From IMG/VR virus record IMGVR_UViG_3300008111_000060: a stretch of DNA of 64,000 bases, one strand, 5' to 3'. This DNA comes from an uncultured virus (IMG/VR IMGVR_UViG_3300008111_000060) (lineage: Duplodnaviria; Heunggongvirae; Uroviricota; Caudoviricetes). Both the position numbers and the translations under genes were made by a program. The notes beneath the pieces were generated by a model. It worked only from the letters and a program-made list of their open reading frames with translations. It was not told the origin of the DNA and did not search any database. Shown piece by piece: positions 57,901-64,000 of this stretch. Numbering within the stretch: the first letter of the stretch is position 1; each line of letters starts with the position of its first letter.

Positions 57901-58039
57901 TGCAATGTTTAATGCAGACTTGTATCAACAAAAAATTATAAGAGATATGTCTAATCTTTCAGCTATAAACAAAAAAAGATTAGATGATATTTCTAAAATA
58001 AAAGGAGTAAAGGATCCTCAACAACTTTTTAATAAATAA
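54989..58039 (+). CDS. Large helical cargo/ejection protein, 1016 aa
   Basis: MATYIPGITDYIP..QPFRPDF N-terminus; position before the giant genes. Confidence 0.75.
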   Translation: MATYIPGITDYIPQAQPFRPDFNMLGNMLQTKQSRYDANHKQLSSIYSTLLNSPLMRDENISKRDMFFKSVDQSIQRIAGLDLSLDQNVEAAKSIFKGFYEDKDLIKDMTWTKNYYNQKERSQAMRNCIKPDECGGSWWEGGDKYLDYKAQEFKNATKEEALGFENVNYVAAQDFQDKAMKAAKDAGFKVVYDDVKGDWIVKTTNGTEMVKPLSEFYVSKFGEEPGMMEYLKANSYVNRKDWVASNLSNYQSEDEANMAYIQEYYNQVEQSINDGKKEAQTNADVANQKSKDIDQHVKTTGVLPQSDDWLSQWGDTKAEVEDTEKNVKVYDEAANSMKVFKNNIGNMKAYLSYFDNSAAIDLLKRKSLLAASEYANLTTEREFRENPIAKAAREHAWDLEKTRMKEGYIDPRTNEYVPGTDVRGQMMMKDYEAKKKKEEEAAIAAAEKAIKINPQIVDKGNTATPVIDQAQAVRLNKEQSVKSLLDVQSAMNSNISNSVIAMQDALASDSSQRTSMLNVLKDVLGPNTNINPIKLLDKDPEEFEKLKGLSLTQKDIINTKFKKYTDASTADGQVYSKWFDANRAALTQDAANYNNALADYKAITAHVENGRLAAKKEYEGFINNEIASKKLDGEDLMERTIIKEALQNSVSMGFAGGDVDAFAREWAAKNQNKFQGGSVKKVGEQDVIVNKYKVKNPILKTLTKQDEAYEFAKEALEKGKASFDGYEMLKTPAWDAMDPNMPKGTNAKATKTYVANVTPWDISNPQSSQDAQDLIELLTATKKAIIENNAVVRPENDFSLDEEYTYKDSDKGAIAKLNQYIADLESGDKEKIKNITSEFQFSRISGNRYGKSYIYLNPNESWNQIYRTGEEKKSPLFTTNEDQELLDNISKPIAVELPSSYVANTRLYKTTSPSMIDFRLKTDKQVVDNVPLGGKSIITKDGDMYILQKEFIRVNNDGTKSVETVTTKEPIAMFNADLYQQKIIRDMSNLSAINKKRLDDISKIKGVKDPQQLFNK

Positions 58040-58045
58040 TTTATT

Positions 58046-61000
58046 ATGGCAGAAACAGATAACTTAGGTGTAGATGCTAATCAATCTATACCTAGTCTAA
58101 ATGAATTACAATCCGAGCAGATGTCGGGCTTAGTTAATCCTTATTCTATAGAAGTTAGTAATTTAAATTTACCAGAACCTCCTAAGCCATATCCTGTAAA
58201 TATTACTAGTAGTAATCTTATTCCTACACAATCAGGTGATTCAGATTATAATAAATTATTTAGCAACATTACTCAATCTTATCAAGATACTAAATGGGCC
58301 AATGATGTAGCAAAGTATGCAAAAGAAGAATCTTACAATGCAGATTATGATGGAGCTAATTTTGAAAGATATTATAAAGTAGGTAGCGTTTTTAAAGATA
58401 GAGGATTTTCTCCATATAGAGATAATGAAGAAATATATAATAAAGAAGCTACATGGTTTGATTATTATAAAAGAAGTTTGGGCGCTATGGGCGATGGGTT
58501 TGTATCTGGATTTACAGATATGCTACCTTGGAATTCTTGGTCTTCTGATTTAACAGATGTTGAAGCAGCAAGAAATATGGAAAGAGCTCATGCTATTGGA
58601 GCAGATACAAGAGGAGGATTTGGAAGCTTTGTAAATAACATGACAGTTGACTTTGGTTACACTGCTGGTATATTAGGAGAGTTTGCTGCAGAAGAAATTG
58701 CTATGTGGGCAGGTGCTGCTTTTTTAGCACCAGAATCTGGAGGAACATCTCTTGCTACAGCTAGTGCAGAATCAGCTTCTCAATTTGCAAAGTTGAAAAA
58801 ATTAATGGATTTAAAAACTTATGGCAAAGCTCTTAGTAAATCTTATGATTGGGTAAGAAATGCTGATAAGATGAAAGATATTTATTCTTTAGCTAAATCT
58901 GGTGCAAAAGGTTTAGGTAGAGGATTAACTGCAGCTGCTGAAGGACTTATACCAGAAACATTTAAATATGCTGATGAACTAGCTGACTTAGGTAAAAAAG
59001 GAGAACTTGTTTTTGACTTAGCTAAAACAGCAAAAGGTTTTGGTGCACTATATAGAGATGCTAGAAGAGTAACAGCTGCTACATCAGAATCTGCAATGGA
59101 AGGTGGTAGTGCTGAGTTAGCTGTAAGAGATAGACTTGCTGATGAGATATACGCACAGGGTAAAACTCCTACAGTAAAAGATTGGGAAAGAATATATGCA
59201 GAAGCAGCTAATGCTGGTAGGGAAACTTTTTGGTGGAACTTGCCGGTATTATTTGCATCTAATGCTATTGTATTTGATAAAGCATTCAAAGGCTTTAAAC
59301 CAATGGAAGCTTTTAGAGAAGAACTTACACAAGGTATTAAAGGTAAACTTACTTTTAATCAAGCTTGGAAACAAGCTAATCAAAAAGCTTGGAAGAGGAT
59401 TGATACAGATTTTATGTCTACTCTAAAATCTTTAACAAAGCCAGAGACATATAGACCTAAGAATCTTTTAAAAAATGGTTTAAACAAATTTGTAAATTAT
59501 ACTAAAGCAAATTTTGCTGAAGGTTTTCAAGAAGTATATCAGGATGCGGTTCAAAAGACTATGACTGATTACTACGCTAATCAATTTATTAATCCTGCTA
59601 TTGCTGGATCAAGATCTACATGGGGAGCTTTTGCTGATAATGCTGGGATGCTTAATCCTTTTGGAGAAAGTAGAGATACTTTCTTATCTGGTTTCTTGAT
59701 GGGTTCTATGGCTCATATACCACAGGCTGCTGTATTTGAATGGGCTCCAAAAAAGTTTTGGCAAATAACTGATAAAGAAGGATATGATAGACATCAACTT
59801 GATTTAGAAAGACATACTAATTCTGTTGTAGATGCTTTAAATGCGGCTACTATGGATGAAAGATTTTTTGATGCTATTACTGTCAATGGAGCAATACAGT
59901 TTAATAATAAGAAAGAAGCTGAAGAAGCTAACATGGCTGGTGATAAGAGAAACTTCTATACCATTACAGATGATGCTATTGGTAATCACTTGCACACACT
60001 TATTTCTACAGGGAAATTAAATCTTATAAAAGATCAGCTTGAAGATTATAAACAATTAACCCCAGAAGAATTACAAGAAGCTTTTGGTCCTATTGATAAA
60101 TCACAAGGAGATCCTGAAACTTTTTATCAGAATAAAATAGATAACATGCTTCATAAACTAGATCTAGTTCAGAAGCATACTGAAGAAATAGAAAAGAGAT
60201 TTCCTAATCCTTTTAATCCTGGAAAATATAATAAGCAAACAAATCCAGAAGCTTTTCAATCAGAGCTTTTTAAACAAAAATCTTTTGATGAAGCTAAGAA
60301 AGCAGCTATCATGTCTTCTTATCATTTTGATAGATCTGTAGAAAGATTAAAAAGTGTTACTGAAAATTTAATTAAGTCTCAACCGTTAGGTGAAGCTAAT
60401 GCTACAGACTTTAGTAACATTGTAAATAGAAACAATATTGATTCTGCTATTTTAGCTCTTGAATCCGAAGTAGAGATTTATTCAAAGGGTGATGCCGATG
60501 CTCAGAAAAAAGCAGCAAGCGCTTCAGAAACTTTAGAAGATTTAAAAGCAGTAAGAGATGGTATAATGGGTATCCAACTTGCAAGACAAATGAAAAGCAA
60601 GGAAGATGCTGGAGTAGATACTGATAAAGTTGATGAATTAAAAAGATCATCTAAGATTAAATCAGGAACAAAAGTTTTAAATAAAAAAGGTGAAGCTGTT
60701 GTTGTAGATAAAACTAAAGGTGGATACGCTTATGATAAGGCTGGTAATCGTATAGGTAAAACTAAAAATCTTACAGCCGTTGAAGAAGCTGAGGAAGATG
60801 ATTTCTTTGATGTGGCATCGAAGGAATTGTATAGAGCATATGATAGATATTTAAAAAATATTGCTAGAAAAAGAGGGGGAATTGTTCAACAAAAAAATAT
60901 AGACAAGTCTTTCCAAGATTATAAAGATCTATTCCTACTAGGAGTTGATATGGAAGAGTATGCTGATTATGTAGACACTTTACATAATCCAACTAAATTC

Positions 61001-63658
61001 TTAGAATATGCGGCTAGAGCAGAACAAGCTTTAAGATACATTGAACAAAACAAGAGAGACCTTATTGAAAAAGCTTATAGAGAATTCTTAGATAGAATGA
61101 AGGATAATGATTTCTTTGTAGAGCTTTATAAGATGGGTGTCTTCTTAGATCAAGATGGGATGGATGATTTTCTTGATGGTAAAGTCCCATCGGCTTTTTA
61201 CGATATAAGTAGTAAAAACCAAATAGATCCTCAGTCTCAAAAGTTCAAAGATATCATGGAGCTTTTTGATAAGTATGAAAAATCTGGTGAGAAAAAGTTT
61301 ACTAAGAAGCCTATAACAGATAGAAGTACTGATCCAGAAAATTTAAAATATAGTACTGCTACAAGAAACAAAATTAATGATGATAAGAGAACACTTAGAG
61401 ATCATGCTCAATATTGGGGATTTGATCCTGATTTAAGTAAATCATCTAAGGTAAATACAATAGATATTCTTAATAAAATAATTACTAGTCCATATGCTAC
61501 GTCTAGAGAGAAAGAATTAGCTAAAAGATTATTAACTAAAATATCTCCACAAAGTGAAATAACATTTAGCACATTGCCTAACCCAGGAGTATTTGCTTAT
61601 GATGCAGCTGGTAATGAAATAGGTACCATTATTGATCCTAGATATATGTCAGAGGATTATGAAGATGGTACTTTGCCTATAGAAAAAGTTATTCTTCATG
61701 AGCTTATCCATGAAATTACTTCTACAAAATTAGCACAAGATCCAGAATTTAGAGCAGATATAACAAAATTACTTGAAGCGGCAAAAGAAGCTTATAAAAA
61801 GAATCCTCCAAAAGATAAAGTTTTATATAAGAGTGCTACCGATAAAGAGTTTTATGGTCTCAAAAATGAGTTTGAATTTTTATCAGAACTATTTAGTAAT
61901 GATAGATTTAAAACTTGGCTTAAAACAATACCTTATGAAAATACAGGTAAATCTTTATGGGAAGAGTTTACTGAAAAGCTAAGAAAGTTTTTATCTAGAA
62001 TGCTAGGTGTAAAAGAGAATGATACACTTTTAGATGAAGCTTTATATATTGCCACTACCTACATTGAGGGAAGAAAACCAGGTGAAGCTCCTAAATCAGA
62101 AGTTACAACATCTAAAGCTTTAACAAAAGATTCAAGTATTGAAAGCTTAAGAGAAGCTGGTTTGCTACCTAGGTTGCTTCAAGCATTTAAAGATTATGTT
62201 AATAGTGCTTATGATATGGATAATCTAGAAACACTATCTAGATTAAATCCAAGATTTATCAATGTTACTAAAGAACAATTTAATAATCTTAAAGATGATG
62301 ATCTAGTAGCTGGTACAGCATTTAGAAATTATCTAGGATATACTAACCCAGGTAGAATACTAAATGAGTATAATCGTAAAGCGGGATTATTAGCAGAACC
62401 AACACCTGAGACTAAAGCTACTACAACTCCTACTCCAACCAATTGGAATAGTCTTATAGCTAATGCTGTAAGTGAAAAAGAGTTAGATGCTGTAATGGAT
62501 CAGATAGATAATCAAGGTGTTATGACACCTGAGCTTATGACTAGCATTAATCAAAAAAGAGATACATTTAAGAAGCCTGCTGAATCAACTACTACAGATG
62601 CTAGAGCTGATATAGAAAAACTAGGTAAACAAATTCAAAAATTACCATTTGATACTATTAATAAATTAGGAGGTTTATTAAAGACAAAAACTAAAGGTGC
62701 ATTTAAAGAAATAGAAGATGTTGCTGATGCTGTAGCATATAGTTATTATACAGATAAAAATTCTGATCTTATAAAAGCTGTTGATGCAGAACTAGCTGCT
62801 TTAGAAGGTAAACCTGTTAAAGGTGAAACAGGCACACAGCTTACTATGGATTTAGGAGAAGCTGAAGAACAAGAGGAAAAACCTAAACCTAGTAAAAAGA
62901 ATAAGCCAACTATAGAGCAGAAAAAAGATTTAAAAGCTTTAGGATTTACTCCTAGAGATTATGCTACTATGACTTCTCAAGAAGCAGAAGATCTTATAAA
63001 TCAAGGTCTTACAAAACAAGAAATAGAAGAAAGAGATAAGGAACTTTTACTAGAAGAAGAAGAAAGAAAAAGAAGAGAAAAAGAAGAAACTGTACAAGAA
63101 AAAATAGAGCTTGTTAAAAAGATGATTGATGATGCAGAATTCTTAGAAGACTTCAAAGATATTGATTCTGAAATCTCATCTATCATTGCTGCGGATGTAT
63201 TTTTTAATCCTGCAGAACTTGAATATTTGATACAAAAAAAGAAACAACAATTAGCAAAAACACCTATATTTGAAGATATCAAAGTTAATGAAATCATTCA
63301 GCTTAATAACAAAGCAAAATATATAGTGGTGAAGGTTACTCCAAAGAATATTCAGGTTAGAAAAGCTAATGATATAACTGCAAAAGTTTTCTCAATAAAT
63401 ATAAAACAATTTGATGAAACAACTAGGGATCCAAAAAAACAATATGTTACAATGAGAATACAACCAGGTGTAGAGGGGATTTCCGAATCTCCAGTTTTAT
63501 CTAAAGAAGATAAGAAAACAATTGTAGATAACTTTAAAGATGCTTCATCATTTACAGATGAAGAAGAATTAAAAGCAGATATTGCTAATGGCAAAAAGCT
63601 TACAAAAGACGAGAGAAGAAACAATATTTTAAACAACATTAAATCTTGCGGATCATGA
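58046..63658 (+). CDS. Giant virion protein with a zincin metallopeptidase motif, 1870 aa
   Basis: ILHELIH at 61691-61711 and downstream EFLSEL; Ala/Gly-rich hydrophobic segments (ESAMEGG, EGFQE) typical of ejected proteins. Confidence 0.78.
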   Translation: MAETDNLGVDANQSIPSLNELQSEQMSGLVNPYSIEVSNLNLPEPPKPYPVNITSSNLIPTQSGDSDYNKLFSNITQSYQDTKWANDVAKYAKEESYNADYDGANFERYYKVGSVFKDRGFSPYRDNEEIYNKEATWFDYYKRSLGAMGDGFVSGFTDMLPWNSWSSDLTDVEAARNMERAHAIGADTRGGFGSFVNNMTVDFGYTAGILGEFAAEEIAMWAGAAFLAPESGGTSLATASAESASQFAKLKKLMDLKTYGKALSKSYDWVRNADKMKDIYSLAKSGAKGLGRGLTAAAEGLIPETFKYADELADLGKKGELVFDLAKTAKGFGALYRDARRVTAATSESAMEGGSAELAVRDRLADEIYAQGKTPTVKDWERIYAEAANAGRETFWWNLPVLFASNAIVFDKAFKGFKPMEAFREELTQGIKGKLTFNQAWKQANQKAWKRIDTDFMSTLKSLTKPETYRPKNLLKNGLNKFVNYTKANFAEGFQEVYQDAVQKTMTDYYANQFINPAIAGSRSTWGAFADNAGMLNPFGESRDTFLSGFLMGSMAHIPQAAVFEWAPKKFWQITDKEGYDRHQLDLERHTNSVVDALNAATMDERFFDAITVNGAIQFNNKKEAEEANMAGDKRNFYTITDDAIGNHLHTLISTGKLNLIKDQLEDYKQLTPEELQEAFGPIDKSQGDPETFYQNKIDNMLHKLDLVQKHTEEIEKRFPNPFNPGKYNKQTNPEAFQSELFKQKSFDEAKKAAIMSSYHFDRSVERLKSVTENLIKSQPLGEANATDFSNIVNRNNIDSAILALESEVEIYSKGDADAQKKAASASETLEDLKAVRDGIMGIQLARQMKSKEDAGVDTDKVDELKRSSKIKSGTKVLNKKGEAVVVDKTKGGYAYDKAGNRIGKTKNLTAVEEAEEDDFFDVASKELYRAYDRYLKNIARKRGGIVQQKNIDKSFQDYKDLFLLGVDMEEYADYVDTLHNPTKFLEYAARAEQALRYIEQNKRDLIEKAYREFLDRMKDNDFFVELYKMGVFLDQDGMDDFLDGKVPSAFYDISSKNQIDPQSQKFKDIMELFDKYEKSGEKKFTKKPITDRSTDPENLKYSTATRNKINDDKRTLRDHAQYWGFDPDLSKSSKVNTIDILNKIITSPYATSREKELAKRLLTKISPQSEITFSTLPNPGVFAYDAAGNEIGTIIDPRYMSEDYEDGTLPIEKVILHELIHEITSTKLAQDPEFRADITKLLEAAKEAYKKNPPKDKVLYKSATDKEFYGLKNEFEFLSELFSNDRFKTWLKTIPYENTGKSLWEEFTEKLRKFLSRMLGVKENDTLLDEALYIATTYIEGRKPGEAPKSEVTTSKALTKDSSIESLREAGLLPRLLQAFKDYVNSAYDMDNLETLSRLNPRFINVTKEQFNNLKDDDLVAGTAFRNYLGYTNPGRILNEYNRKAGLLAEPTPETKATTTPTPTNWNSLIANAVSEKELDAVMDQIDNQGVMTPELMTSINQKRDTFKKPAESTTTDARADIEKLGKQIQKLPFDTINKLGGLLKTKTKGAFKEIEDVADAVAYSYYTDKNSDLIKAVDAELAALEGKPVKGETGTQLTMDLGEAEEQEEKPKPSKKNKPTIEQKKDLKALGFTPRDYATMTSQEAEDLINQGLTKQEIEERDKELLLEEEERKRREKEETVQEKIELVKKMIDDAEFLEDFKDIDSEISSIIAADVFFNPAELEYLIQKKKQQLAKTPIFEDIKVNEIIQLNNKAKYIVVKVTPKNIQVRKANDITAKVFSINIKQFDETTRDPKKQYVTMRIQPGVEGISESPVLSKEDKKTIVDNFKDASSFTDEEELKADIANGKKLTKDERRNNILNNIKSCGS

Positions 63659-64000
63659 TTTGTAGAATAGATACATCTACTGAAGAAGGTAAAAAAGCTT
63701 TAAAAGATATAAGAATGATGGTGGCTGGTGATTTGAATGATATGGCCACTGCTAAAGATAAACCTAAGTTTGTTTTAGAAGATTATTTAAAATCAATATA
63801 CGATTTTGTACATGAAAATACTATGGCTGATGTTGATGGTAAACACGGTATGGCTTTGAGCTATGCTGGTTTAGCGGCAGATGCTATTAATAAAATACAA
63901 GGTGCAGATGAAACTATAGCAGATTATTTATTTGAACAAAAGCTAAGCTTAGATAAGCTTAGAGAATTCTCATATCTCTACAAGAAAGGAGGAGACGCCG
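63655..64000 (+). CDS. Start of the next giant protein, partial (MICRIDTSTEEGKK...)
   Basis: ATGA overlap with the previous stop; frame open to the window end. Confidence 0.75.
   Translation, partial: MICRIDTSTEEGKKALKDIRMMVAGDLNDMATAKDKPKFVLEDYLKSIYDFVHENTMADVDGKHGMALSYAGLAADAINKIQGADETIADYLFEQKLSLDKLREFSYLYKKGGDA

Noticed and set aside
6348..63639. Numerous short minus-strand and alternate-frame ORFs in the track (e.g. 8515, 17524, 22167, 26958, 58882, 63001)
   Set aside because: They shadow long, well-supported plus-strand genes and have no independent leader or motif support
1..64000. Stop-codon reassignment (TAG or TGA), known in some crAss-like phages
   Set aside because: Very long ORFs are intact in the standard code, and TAG/TGA end genes at sensible boundaries (11984, 15028, 15894, 63658)
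54989..64000. Virion RNA polymerase catalytic subunit
   Set aside because: No DxDxD catalytic motif is recognisable in these ORFs; it may lie beyond the window

Overview
The window is an AT-rich segment of a crAss-like (Crassvirales-type, short-tailed) phage genome. The host is most likely Bacteroidota, inferred from TAnnTTTG-like promoters, A/C-rich leaders without Shine-Dalgarno sites and the gene order. Standard genetic code. Positions 1-2980 (minus strand) are an array of small gene cassettes, most built as terminator, conserved ATAACCCCTTTTT...TAACCAATTAA motif, then ATG at near-fixed spacing; the cassette nearest the strand switch appears to encode a structured RNA instead of a protein. 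A GC-rich island at about 3150-3275 marks the strand switch and may be a packaging or terminus site. The plus strand from 3352 onward carries, in order: endolysin; fibre/decoration genes; holin-like genes; regulators and a PD-(D/E)XK nuclease; terminase, portal, scaffold-like protein and major capsid protein; small basic proteins; a ferritin-like gene; a very Cys-rich structural block; tail ring and stabilisation genes; and giant cargo (ejected) proteins, the last running off the window. The most interesting signals are: (1) a cargo protein made of effector-like domains (NlpC/P60, possible ART and GNAT) separated by repeated GWLDKY/xxGG motifs that also recur throughout the next cargo gene; (2) an intergenic hairpin whose loop is antisense to the AAACCAAC-ATG leaders of several late genes; (3) the early cassette array with its phage-specific motif and candidate ncRNA. 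Four apparent frameshifts or deletions may be assembly artefacts. All product calls come from motif recognition and gene order; no database searches were run.
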